A stretch of 64,000 nt of DNA from an uncultured Nitrospiraceae bacterium (lineage in GTDB: Bacteria > Nitrospirota > Nitrospiria > Nitrospirales > Nitrospiraceae): positions 2,784,001 through 2,848,000 of the forward strand of contig CAWJWJ010000002.1 in NCBI GenBank assembly GCA_963846575.1, read 5' to 3'. The notes below the pieces were generated by a model that saw only the letters and a list, made by a program, of their open reading frames with translations, ran no database searches and was not told the DNA's origin. Below are positions 39,639 to 48,591 of this stretch, piece after piece. The translations under genes were made by a program, and so were the position numbers. Positions within the stretch are counted from its first letter, which is position 1, and each line of letters begins with the position of its first letter.

Positions 39639-40718
39639 ATGGCGACGGGAACGACTCAACTGATCACACAGGCGGTTCTAGCAATCGGGCTCTCGACGGC
39701 CCTCCTCACCGGAGCGAAGGCTGACACCAATCCCTCGGCCCCTGACGCCCCGACTCACGAAGAGCCGGCGCCACCAATTACCGAAGCGGAGGCGGCAGAG
39801 GGCGGAGAAGTGCAGGAACGGGCGGTCATCCGCGACCATCGGACGATGCCCGGGACCTTCAGGCCCTCCACTGCTCCCCCATCGGCAGCCACCACCGCTC
39901 CCAAAACCACGATACCCGGCGTTGTCGCGCCGATGGACGGACAACTGCTCCGACCGGACCGACACCAGGCCCCGACCGCCAACCTGACCGTGGTCGCCAA
40001 TGGCTTGCGGTTGAAGCACAAGAGCCTGACCACACTCATCGTCGCGCCTCCCGATTTGCCCGTCACCCGGCCGGTCGAAATCAGCATCGGGTATTACTCC
40101 CCGACCGGCAATCAGCGGATCACGCAGTCCTACGTGCGATCGACCGGGAACCGGTTTCTCTACAACGACAAGGAAGCGGACGGAAAAGCACGTCACATGA
40201 CCATCAGCGTGTCCCTGAGGGAACAGTTGCCAAACGGTGAATGGGCGACCTACGCACTGCCCTGGCAGGCCGATCTGGATCCTCTGTACGACGTGGCGAT
40301 GGGTCCGTTCGCCTTCGACTTGATCAGCAAATGCGACGCCGCCGGAAAAAGCGAAATCCTTTTCGCGTGGCACTCGCCGGAGGGCCAATACCATAAGGTC
40401 AGATTCTCCACCCGCGCCGGATCACGAACCACCATTGGAGCCTTTGCCTGGTCCCGGCCGGAAGTGAGTTGGTCTCAGCGGCTCAACCGCGAGGAACCGG
40501 AGTTTTACGATGAAGATAACGCCGTCACGGAGATGTTGTGGACCTGCCTCCCGGCCGGGTGCGGTTTTCAACTCAATCCCCCCAACTCGAATCACCTCCT
40601 GACGGCCAGGACACAACTGATGAAGGGCAATTTGAAGGCCCGTAACGACAACTGCCAGGCCTATTTTGAGTACCAGATCACTAAAACGCTCCGCTTCTAT
40701 CCCTACCTTGAGCCTTGA
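39639..40718 (+). CDS. Array member 10: secreted 359-aa protein with acidic pro-region ending VQERAV
   Basis: Signal ending AKA; clear paralog of 44714..45715. Confidence 0.82.
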   Translation: MATGTTQLITQAVLAIGLSTALLTGAKADTNPSAPDAPTHEEPAPPITEAEAAEGGEVQERAVIRDHRTMPGTFRPSTAPPSAATTAPKTTIPGVVAPMDGQLLRPDRHQAPTANLTVVANGLRLKHKSLTTLIVAPPDLPVTRPVEISIGYYSPTGNQRITQSYVRSTGNRFLYNDKEADGKARHMTISVSLREQLPNGEWATYALPWQADLDPLYDVAMGPFAFDLISKCDAAGKSEILFAWHSPEGQYHKVRFSTRAGSRTTIGAFAWSRPEVSWSQRLNREEPEFYDEDNAVTEMLWTCLPAGCGFQLNPPNSNHLLTARTQLMKGNLKARNDNCQAYFEYQITKTLRFYPYLEP

Positions 40719-40728
40719 GGAGGTCGCC

Positions 40729-41172
40729 ATGCAGATGAGAGTTCACGTGCCTGCGCCAATTACCCAATCGAGCCGCCTCCGGTCCCTTCTCCTGGCCGGC
40801 TTTGCCACGATGGTGATCGGCTCATTGATTGGTCCCGGCCTGCAGCCGGCCGCTGCGGCCTGCAGTAACACCGACCAATGTGCGGCCGATCGCGTCTGTC
40901 TCGATTCACGGAAACCCTTCGGTATCGGAAAGGAATGCCAGCCACTTCCCTGTAACGCCGATTCGAATTGCCCCTCGACTCGTCCGCGGTGCCTGATGGG
41001 GATCTGCCAGAATCCCGGCTTCAACCCCAACGCGCCCTCGGGCGCAGGCACGACTCAGGCTGGTGTAGGAGAGACGTGCGGGCCGTATAAGATCGGTCAG
41101 GTGACGAAAAGCCGGGGCTGCAAGCCGGGGCTGCAATGCGTCAACGGACGCTGCCAAAAACCGCTGCAATAG
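40729..41172 (+). CDS. Array member 11: secreted 12-Cys protein (C..D..C repeats, EB/Dickkopf-like spacing)
   Basis: GAGGAGG RBS, signal ending AAA, three 4-Cys units. Confidence 0.8.
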   Translation: MQMRVHVPAPITQSSRLRSLLLAGFATMVIGSLIGPGLQPAAAACSNTDQCAADRVCLDSRKPFGIGKECQPLPCNADSNCPSTRPRCLMGICQNPGFNPNAPSGAGTTQAGVGETCGPYKIGQVTKSRGCKPGLQCVNGRCQKPLQ

Positions 41173-41185
41173 CGGCTGAGACAAT

Positions 41186-41214
41186 TGAACCTCGGGCCAT
41201 ACGGCCCCGACAGA
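41186..41214 (+). promoter_or_regulatory. ECF-type promoter motif copy 5
   Basis: TGAACC-N16-CGACAGA inside the array, upstream of 41288. Confidence 0.72.
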
Positions 41215-41287
41215 CCGGGTAGCCAGAACGGTGACCGGGTGGGTGGGCAATGTGGACCGCCCTGCACAGAGGAGAAAGGAGAGGGTG

Positions 41288-41821
41288 ATGCAAACAGGAC
41301 TGAAGAAAACATTGGCGATGATCTGGCTACTGGGGTCTTTTCTTGTGATCGGCTGGTCGACGCCATCTCACGCAGCAGAGACCGAAGAACAGTCCTGTGC
41401 GGAAGTCCCCCTGTTACAGGTCGCCGCGGCCGACAGCGGCATGTCCTCGACCGGCGACACCGTTCCGCCGTCCGGCGACGTGCAGGAGCGCGCGGTTCCA
41501 CGGATGGGGCCTGGTGGGATGGCACCGCCTGCGGGACGTCAGGATGTCGGTGGCGGCATCATCGAGGGTAACCGCCTCACGGCCAAGCCTGGGTACGTCG
41601 TTGAAGTCATGCCTAACAATCAAGCCATGCTCAAGCCTGCCGGCGGCGGGACCGGTATCAAGGTCACCTGCCAATGTTCAAAAGGAATGGGCGGCGGATG
41701 CAAACTCGTGGGTGGAAGCGGCAACGCCTACTGCGAGGCCGGTGGGTTTTCAAAATGCCAGGGGACCTGCAAGATGGTGGATGCCCTGAAGGCGGCCAAT
41801 CAGGGTTTGACCATTCAATAA
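41288..41821 (+). CDS. Array member 12: secreted VQERAVPR / KPGY / 6-Cys family protein
   Basis: AAGGAG RBS, signal ending SHA; paralog of the next two genes. Confidence 0.82.
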   Translation: MQTGLKKTLAMIWLLGSFLVIGWSTPSHAAETEEQSCAEVPLLQVAAADSGMSSTGDTVPPSGDVQERAVPRMGPGGMAPPAGRQDVGGGIIEGNRLTAKPGYVVEVMPNNQAMLKPAGGGTGIKVTCQCSKGMGGGCKLVGGSGNAYCEAGGFSKCQGTCKMVDALKAANQGLTIQ

Positions 41822-41883
41822 ACTTGGCCTCGGCGACAGCACACGGCCGAGGGACCCTTTTCCGGCCATGACAAAAGGAGCGC

Positions 41884-42423
41884 ATGATGAGACTGAGATC
41901 ACGACTGTTCGGCTTCCTCCTGACAAGTGCCGTTCTGGCGGGGACATCCTTGAGCCTGGCAAGTGCCGGGGGAGACGGTGCCTCAGCGACCGCCCCGCTA
42001 CAGTGCGACGCCACGCCGATGCTGGTGGCCGATGCCACGGGCGACAGCCCGTCATCGTCAGATGCCGGCGCAGGTGCTGGAGCCGTTGAAGAGCGGGCAG
42101 TACCCCGAATGTCACCCGGCGCACCGGGAATGACTCCGGTCCTGCCACGACGGGATTTTCCTCAGGCCACCGTCGAAGGGAGCCGCATTACGGCAAAGCC
42201 CGGCTACATCATTCAGGTGTTGCCGAACGGCGAAGGAGTGCTGGCAAAGAAAAAGAACGATGCCCCGGGGACCGGAATCAAATGCGTCTGCACAGGTAAG
42301 GCCGCCTCAGGAAGATGCAAACTCGTCACCACCGGCCCTTCGACGGGAAACTGCGTCTCCGACGGATGCACAAACGGGTATTGCGGCGTGGAACTTGGCG
42401 CCCCCAAAGTGTTGATGCAGTGA
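41884..42423 (+). CDS. Array member 13: secreted VEERAVPR / KPGY / 6-Cys family protein
   Basis: AAGGAG RBS, signal ending ASA. Confidence 0.82.
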   Translation: MMRLRSRLFGFLLTSAVLAGTSLSLASAGGDGASATAPLQCDATPMLVADATGDSPSSSDAGAGAGAVEERAVPRMSPGAPGMTPVLPRRDFPQATVEGSRITAKPGYIIQVLPNGEGVLAKKKNDAPGTGIKCVCTGKAASGRCKLVTTGPSTGNCVSDGCTNGYCGVELGAPKVLMQ

Positions 42424-42443
42424 GGATGGGAAAGGAGTTCATC

Positions 42444-42950
42444 ATGGGTAGGTCGAGCATTTACGGAATTTTGATCAGCATCGGTCTTCTCACGGCAAGC
42501 GTAGCCTGGTCCGCGCCGGAGGACGGCGGGCGAAACCCGAGCACAACAGCGGAAGAGACCTGCAGCGACGCGCCGATGGTGGTGGCTCAGCAAGGCGGCG
42601 CCCCCTCGCCGGGCGAATCGGAATCGAGCGACATTCAGGAACGGGCAGTACCCCGGCTCGGGCCCGGCATGGCCCCGCGCATGGAATTCGAAGGTGCCGT
42701 GATGGAAAACAACCGCTTACGGCCCAAGCCAGGGTATGTGCTGGAATTGCTCCCGGGCAACAGAGTCATTGCCAAACGAGCCGGCGGAGGCAGCGGCGGG
42801 ACCTGGGACGTGAAGTGCAGCGCTTGTACGAAGAAGGGCAAATGCGAACCACTCCGAAGCCCCGACGGCATTTTCTGCCTGGGAGAATGTACTGGTTCCT
42901 GTAACATCACCATCAGTCCGGCCGGGGGTGGAAAACTGCAGATCCAATGA
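42444..42950 (+). CDS. Array member 14: secreted IQERAVPR / KPGY / 6-Cys family protein
   Basis: AAGGAG RBS, signal ending AWS/A. Confidence 0.82.
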   Translation: MGRSSIYGILISIGLLTASVAWSAPEDGGRNPSTTAEETCSDAPMVVAQQGGAPSPGESESSDIQERAVPRLGPGMAPRMEFEGAVMENNRLRPKPGYVLELLPGNRVIAKRAGGGSGGTWDVKCSACTKKGKCEPLRSPDGIFCLGECTGSCNITISPAGGGKLQIQ

Positions 42951-43001
42951 GTGTGTTCCATGAATGAGCGATGCAACGGATCGGGGGGGGAGATAGGGAA
43001 C

Positions 43002-44240
43002 ATGAACGCGAAGGTGCTGCTCATAGTTTCGTTTTGCGCATTGTGCCTGTCCACGGTCGGATGCACGACGAGCGATCGGGGTCCCACTGCTCCTGGGGTG
43101 GGCGCTGAAACGGCCAGAGAAGTCCCCGTCATTCCAGACGGACCGTCTAGCGATCAACCCGTGACGGCGGGGGAGAGCAGAACCGAGGTCCAAGAGCGTG
43201 GAGTGAAGCAGATCGCGCCCGGGGCCTTGGGGTCCGTGATGGCCACGCCGGGCGGTCTCGTCCTCCATCTGACGAGCTCATTCCCCGGCGAGTTCGCGTT
43301 CCGGACTCAAAAGGGATTCTACCTCACGGCGATCAACGGCGGCGGCCGGATCGCCGACCCCGTCGTCGTCGCGTCCGCCACATCGGCCGGAGCCTGGGAG
43401 AAGTTCAAGCTGGCGATCGCGACCCCTCCTTCCCCCTACGACAAAACCATCCAGACAGCGAGCGGGAACTATCTGACCGCCGTGAACGGCGGCGGCATGA
43501 CGGCGAATGTGCTCCATACCGATGCGACGCAACCCAAAGACTGGGAACGGTTCCGGCTCGTGTACCTGGGTACTTCCCCGCCTCCCTACTACGGCATCGG
43601 AACGATCAAGGGGAATTTTCTCACGGCCGTCAACGCCGGAGGCAGGTATCAGGATGCCGTCCACAGCGACGCCAAGCAGATCCAGGCCTGGGAGGAATTC
43701 AGGATCGTGAAATGCGGAGATCCGGGGTCCGGTTATGAGTATGGCGTGATGGCCGCCGACGGCAATTTCCTGGCCGCCACAAAGTACGAGGGAAAGCCCG
43801 GGTTCGGCTTGACGAATTTTTCGCGCGAAGCGGACATGAAATACAAATTCATCCGGCAGGGCGACGGCACCTACGCCCTCCAGACGGCCAACGGCAGGAC
43901 CTACGTCACCGCGCTCGGCGGGGGCGGGCAAGTCGAGAAGTATGACCGGAAGTATCACACGCCGGATTGTGGAGGACTGTTCGGCGGCCCTTGTATCGGT
44001 GGCGCCGCGCCCATCTTTCACACCGACGCGACGCAGGTCCAGGCCTGGGAAAAATTCCGGTTGATCGACCAGGGCAACTGTACCTATGCGATTCAGACCT
44101 CGAGCGGGTTCTTTGCAGGCATCTTCAAAAGTGCGTCGGGAGGCATGATGCTCACCACCAGGCGCGATGGCGCGGCGACGGCGAACGAGAAATTCCAGCT
44201 GGTCGTATTCGGTTTGGCATCGCCGGCCATTATCCAGTAA
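43002..44240 (+). CDS. Array member 15: lipoprotein with fascin-like beta-trefoil repeats, VQERGV motif
   Basis: TVGC lipobox; repeated [IL]QT..G.YLTA.NGGG...AT....WE.F units. Confidence 0.82.
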   Translation: MNAKVLLIVSFCALCLSTVGCTTSDRGPTAPGVGAETAREVPVIPDGPSSDQPVTAGESRTEVQERGVKQIAPGALGSVMATPGGLVLHLTSSFPGEFAFRTQKGFYLTAINGGGRIADPVVVASATSAGAWEKFKLAIATPPSPYDKTIQTASGNYLTAVNGGGMTANVLHTDATQPKDWERFRLVYLGTSPPPYYGIGTIKGNFLTAVNAGGRYQDAVHSDAKQIQAWEEFRIVKCGDPGSGYEYGVMAADGNFLAATKYEGKPGFGLTNFSREADMKYKFIRQGDGTYALQTANGRTYVTALGGGGQVEKYDRKYHTPDCGGLFGGPCIGGAAPIFHTDATQVQAWEKFRLIDQGNCTYAIQTSSGFFAGIFKSASGGMMLTTRRDGAATANEKFQLVVFGLASPAIIQ

Positions 44241-44277
44241 TGGCGGATCGGCTGAGCAAGTCATGGGAGGTGTGACG

Positions 44278-44649
44278 ATGCACCAGGTACTCGCCACGGT
44301 GGGGCTCTTGGCAATGGTTCTGCTCACCCGCGAGTCGCCGGCAGCCGGGGAGACTCCGGCGTCCCTGCCCACAACTCAAGAACAAGGCGCCGCGCCGTCC
44401 GACAGCAGTCAGGTTCAGGAGCGAGCCATTCGACAGGGCGTGGGGGGAGGGAGCGGCAACTGTGTCTGCATGCGTCCCTTGGGACAATGTGTGTTCAGCG
44501 CGCAGGGAGGCTGCGTCCCGCACCAGGGCAATCCCTGCAACGGCGGCTGCATCATGAAACAACCCACGCCCGGGATCGGCCGAATGGCTCCAGCGACACC
44601 AGGCGGGGCGGCTCAGGGCCCTCCAGGCCAGGGGTCCATGACAAAATAG
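44278..44649 (+). CDS. Array member 16: secreted minimal 6-Cys protein, VQERAI motif
   Basis: GGAGG RBS, signal peptide, CxC-C-C-C-C core. Confidence 0.8.
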   Translation: MHQVLATVGLLAMVLLTRESPAAGETPASLPTTQEQGAAPSDSSQVQERAIRQGVGGGSGNCVCMRPLGQCVFSAQGGCVPHQGNPCNGGCIMKQPTPGIGRMAPATPGGAAQGPPGQGSMTK

Positions 44650-44713
44650 TCACGGCAATCGATGTTGCAAGCAGTGGTTACCTCAGGTCCGTGGATAGAA
44701 CGTGAGGTGCTCC

Positions 44714-45715
44714 ATGGTTGAGTTCAAGGTCGTGACCGGAACCGTGAGCCTCTGTGTTGTCATCCTGAGCACTGTCACATTGTCCACGACGGGGGCAGCG
44801 GATGATCCGCCGGGATCGAATCAGTCCTCTGAAATCCGGGAACGCGGCGTCATCCCCGATCGCCGCGTGCAACCGGGCCTGGTTCAGCCTCCGACGACGC
44901 AAGCGGGAGGAGCCGCGCCCAAGGTTCTGGTGCCTGGCACCACGGGGTTGAGGCCCGGCACCTTAGCCCCTCTTGATCGCTATACCGCACCGACCGCGAA
45001 CCTCACGAAAATCGCGAACGCGTTGCAGCTGCGACACAAGAGTTTGAGCATGCTCATCTCGGCCCCGCCCGGCCTCGCGGTGACCAACCCCGTGAACATC
45101 AAAGTCACCTACAACAGCGCCTCGTCCGGCAGTCGATGGCGGCAGGGTCCTTATAACCCGTCGACCGGATTCCGGGATTTTCAAAACGATCCGGACGGGA
45201 ACCGGTACCCGCGTCACATGGTGCTCGATATCCTCCTGACCGAGCAGCAACCAGGCAATCAGGCCGTGAACTTCGCGATCAAGTGGGAGCTCGATCTCGA
45301 TCCCCTGTTCGATATCACGATCAGCCCGTTGCGGTTCAAACTGAATAGCAACTGCGATCGTTTGGGCAAGAGTGAAATCAGATTCTCGTGGACTTCCCCC
45401 GACGCGGCCTACCACAAGAAAGGCTTCAGCACCAGCAAGGGCAACCACGTCGCGATCAGTGAATTCGCCTGGACAAAGCAGGAAGTGAGTGCATCGGCCG
45501 GTCTCGGCTGGCCTCAATGGGCATTTTACGAAGACGATCCGGTCACACTCAGCGGCGCCTATCTCCAAGGGTTTGGACCGCAACCGCTCAAGCTGCTCCC
45601 GGCCACTGTGAACGGGTATGTCGGTAGGACGATCAAAGACTCGCGCGGGCAATCTTGTACGGCCGACATTGCCTTCGAGGTGACGGTTCGAGTGCGGCAA
45701 TACGTAAACCTCTGA
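44714..45715 (+). CDS. Array member 17: secreted protein, IRERGV motif, paralog of 39639
   Basis: Shared blocks PTANLT, HKSL, RHM, DLDPL, CD..GKSEI, YHK..FST, FAW...EVS. Confidence 0.82.
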   Translation: MVEFKVVTGTVSLCVVILSTVTLSTTGAADDPPGSNQSSEIRERGVIPDRRVQPGLVQPPTTQAGGAAPKVLVPGTTGLRPGTLAPLDRYTAPTANLTKIANALQLRHKSLSMLISAPPGLAVTNPVNIKVTYNSASSGSRWRQGPYNPSTGFRDFQNDPDGNRYPRHMVLDILLTEQQPGNQAVNFAIKWELDLDPLFDITISPLRFKLNSNCDRLGKSEIRFSWTSPDAAYHKKGFSTSKGNHVAISEFAWTKQEVSASAGLGWPQWAFYEDDPVTLSGAYLQGFGPQPLKLLPATVNGYVGRTIKDSRGQSCTADIAFEVTVRVRQYVNL

Positions 45716-45721
45716 CAGCCC

Positions 45722-47347
45722 GTGGACGACGGCAACGAGGCCCCTCAAGGCGGGCAGAGGACGCGTGACGTGAAACGGGCCGGCGCGGGGGTACGTGTGA
45801 TTGTCGCTAAACTCAGCCTGGCGTTGATCACGTCCGCGCTCTGGACCTGGGCCCTGCCGGAACAGGATCTCGGCTGGCTCGCATGGGTGGCATTCGTGCC
45901 AATGATCATCGCCTGCCATGAGGCCCCTCTCCCCCTGGCCGCAGCGGTCGGATTCGCCGGTGGCCTGGGTGCCGCCTATGGCACGCTTCATTGGGTATTC
46001 GAGGTTCCCGGTTTCGAACTGCAGCACTCACTGTTAGCCGCGAGCTACCTGGCCCTGTATCCCGCTGGCTGGTGTCTGGGCCTCTCGCTCATGACCCGCG
46101 CCGGCGTCACGCCCCTCCTCCCCGCTGCCGCCCTCTGGGTGCTGCTGGATTACGTACGCGCCCATGCGGGATTTCTTGCCTTCCCCTGGGGCACCCTCGC
46201 GCACACCCAGCACCGCAATATTCCCCTGCTGCAGCTTGCCGCGATCACGGGCGAATACGGCGTGACCTTCGTGGTGATGGTCGCAAGCCTCGCGTTTTCC
46301 GGACTCATCCTGCGTCGCGCCTGGCGGGAGGCCGCCTTCGCGGCCGTGCTCCTCGCGATGGCGCAGGGCGGAGGAGCCCTGGCACTTCACGCCGACCCTC
46401 CCGGTCACACGATTCGCCTGGCCGCCCTGCAACCGAATATTCAGATCGGCGAGCAGGATACGCAGGAAGGCCGCCACGCCGCGTTCACGCGCCTCGAGCG
46501 CCTCACATTCACCGCCGCCGCGCAACGGCCCTCCTTGATCGCCTGGCCCGAAACGGCCATTGCCGGAAACCTGCAGGCCGACCCGCTGCTGGCCGCCGAT
46601 CTGCAGGTGTTGGCCCACGAAGCTGGAATGCCGATCGTACTGGGTGTCTCGGAGGTCGAAAAGTTTGCCTCACGCGACGCCTCGGGAACATCACGCCGGC
46701 GGGCCTACAATTCCGCCTATCTCGTCTCCCCCGGGGAACCGCTCCCCCCACCCTACCGCAAACGGCTCCTGGTGCCGTTCGGCGAATATGTCCCGCTGGC
46801 AACGATGGTCCCCTGGCCGGCATGGATGGGCGGGAAGCGCTTCGATTCCGAACCGGGCCAGGCATCTCGTCTCTTCAGCCTTCCGGACGGCAGCCCGTTC
46901 GCCGTGATGATCTGCTGGGAAAGCCTCTTCAGCGATCTCAGTCGAGAATCGGTGCAAGCGGGGGCGCGCCTGCTGGTGCAACTGAACAACCCGGCCTGGT
47001 TCGGCCGGACGGCGGCGGCGAAGCAGCAGAATATTTCCTCCGTCTTCCGGGCCGTTGAAAATCGCGTGCCGGTCCTGCTCGCGTCGAACACCGGACCCTC
47101 GCAGATCATCGATTCCTACGGGCAGGTCGTCGCGGAGAGCGCCACCATCTTCGCTGCCGGCCTGGTGGTTGGCGACGTGGTTCTCGGATCCTCCGGAACC
47201 CTGTACACCCGCATCGGCGATGGCTTCGTGTGGTGTCTGTCAGGTGTCTCACTGCTGCTTGGCCTGGTCCAGGTTCGTCGGACAAGTGTCGCCCCACCGG
47301 TCTCGCGGCGACGCCCATCGTCTCCCGGGGCACCAGCGGTTTCATAA
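45722..47347 (+). CDS. lnt: Apolipoprotein N-acyltransferase
   Basis: TM N-domain with FPWG..H.Q and G.YGVTF; catalytic WPETA, K..LVPFGEYVP, ICWES; RAVENR. Start uncertain. Confidence 0.93.
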   Translation: MDDGNEAPQGGQRTRDVKRAGAGVRVIVAKLSLALITSALWTWALPEQDLGWLAWVAFVPMIIACHEAPLPLAAAVGFAGGLGAAYGTLHWVFEVPGFELQHSLLAASYLALYPAGWCLGLSLMTRAGVTPLLPAAALWVLLDYVRAHAGFLAFPWGTLAHTQHRNIPLLQLAAITGEYGVTFVVMVASLAFSGLILRRAWREAAFAAVLLAMAQGGGALALHADPPGHTIRLAALQPNIQIGEQDTQEGRHAAFTRLERLTFTAAAQRPSLIAWPETAIAGNLQADPLLAADLQVLAHEAGMPIVLGVSEVEKFASRDASGTSRRRAYNSAYLVSPGEPLPPPYRKRLLVPFGEYVPLATMVPWPAWMGGKRFDSEPGQASRLFSLPDGSPFAVMICWESLFSDLSRESVQAGARLLVQLNNPAWFGRTAAAKQQNISSVFRAVENRVPVLLASNTGPSQIIDSYGQVVAESATIFAAGLVVGDVVLGSSGTLYTRIGDGFVWCLSGVSLLLGLVQVRRTSVAPPVSRRRPSSPGAPAVS

Positions 47348-47357
47348 GGAGGTCCCG

Positions 47358-48407
47358 ATGCACAGGCTCAGACTGTTCGCCATGGCCGCTTGTGCGCTCC
47401 TCATGGTGGTGTCGCCGCGGCAGGCCTCCGGAAAGGGCACGCTCCTCGAGCTTGGGCCGGATTATTTCTGTATCGACCACGCTCCCCAACGCGTCGCGTT
47501 CTCGCCGCCACCCTTCACCTACCTGTTCGGCGGCATCTGCAACCTGCGTCATACGCGATTGCAGATCCCCGTGGACGTCCCCTGGACAGGAACAGGCACC
47601 TACGACCCCGCGACAGGCAAGGTCACCGAGGACATCAACATCCCGGCCCCGACCATCAGCCAGCCCTCCCGCCCATACGGGCGTTTCCTGGCTTATATGC
47701 ACTGTCCGTCCGATCCCTGGCGCGATCCAAACGTGAAATGCGACCAGGTGGCCGCTTCGTCGAAGCCTTCGGCGTCGGACTATCCACCGGGTCCGTACGG
47801 AGATTACGCCCGGAGCGTGGTGTTGCAAATCACCAGCCACATCCAGGGCTATCGGCGGCCCTATACGGCCCGCATGAAGGATACGCATCGGCAATATCTG
47901 AACGCGCAGTACAAGGCCTATGTGACAGCGATGAACAAACAACAGCTGATCCAGAAGGGCGCAGTTCAGTCTGAAGCTTCCGGTGCCTCCGGAGCGGCGG
48001 ACGTCTACCGAACACTGCTCCATCCGTCAGTCCTGTCGCCAAGACCCGGACAAATCCTGCTGTCACAGACCGCGGTTCCTATCAAGCTGGCGGCGCCGAA
48101 CGGGTGGACCGTCACCGGCTATACGGTCACCATCCAAAGACGAGACGCGAAGGGGGCCTGGGTCAATCACGTCACCATCCCGGTGAGTGAAGCCGAGGCG
48201 CGATCACCTGCCGGCTATAAGGGATTCGGGAATGGCGCGCCCCCGGCATTCCTGGTCACGCCGGGGAGGTGGCGTCTGAATGCACAAGTTTCCGTTCCGA
48301 AAAAGTCAGGCGTGAGTGACTGGGTGGAGTTTAACGTGACGCCCCATCAGGATGCCTATCAAGACTCGGCTCAGACGAAAAAGCGCAATCCATTTCTGAA
48401 TCCATGA
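47358..48407 (+). CDS. Secreted hypothetical protein, paralog of 48592
   Basis: AAGGAGG RBS, signal peptide; shared PSRPYGRF, C..DPWRD.NVKCDQV, GFGNGAPPAFL, PG.WRLNAQ. Confidence 0.85.
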   Translation: MHRLRLFAMAACALLMVVSPRQASGKGTLLELGPDYFCIDHAPQRVAFSPPPFTYLFGGICNLRHTRLQIPVDVPWTGTGTYDPATGKVTEDINIPAPTISQPSRPYGRFLAYMHCPSDPWRDPNVKCDQVAASSKPSASDYPPGPYGDYARSVVLQITSHIQGYRRPYTARMKDTHRQYLNAQYKAYVTAMNKQQLIQKGAVQSEASGASGAADVYRTLLHPSVLSPRPGQILLSQTAVPIKLAAPNGWTVTGYTVTIQRRDAKGAWVNHVTIPVSEAEARSPAGYKGFGNGAPPAFLVTPGRWRLNAQVSVPKKSGVSDWVEFNVTPHQDAYQDSAQTKKRNPFLNP

Positions 48408-48591
48408 GGAACCCAGGCACATCGTGAGCAGAAATAGAAACCAGCGGTTCACGAATGACGTCTAGGCGACGAACAACCAAACCGGAGCAATGCCCGCACC
48501 CCATTGTCGTGAGAAGCGCTGAAAGAACCAGATCCGTATCCACTGAGGTTTCAACGATCTGCCGTACCGATTGTCAGAAAAGGAGACTTTC

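Noticed and set aside
36248..41172. Arg motif in array members 36248 (SLGRAM) and 40729 (TKSRGC)
   Set aside because: Both lack the V/I at P4 and the acidic flank, so they were excluded from the 15 of 17 count.
35083..45715. Classical RiPP cluster (lanthipeptide, ranthipeptide or sactipeptide)
   Set aside because: No radical SAM, LanB/C/M, YcaO or C39 transporter seen. Sec-type signals, even Cys counts and DsbA point to disulfides instead.
34888..47357. Long ORF-track starts at 34888, 35297, 38861, 40666, 42315, 44167 and 47055
   Set aside because: They overlap upstream genes; internal ATGs with RBS and signal peptides are far more plausible.
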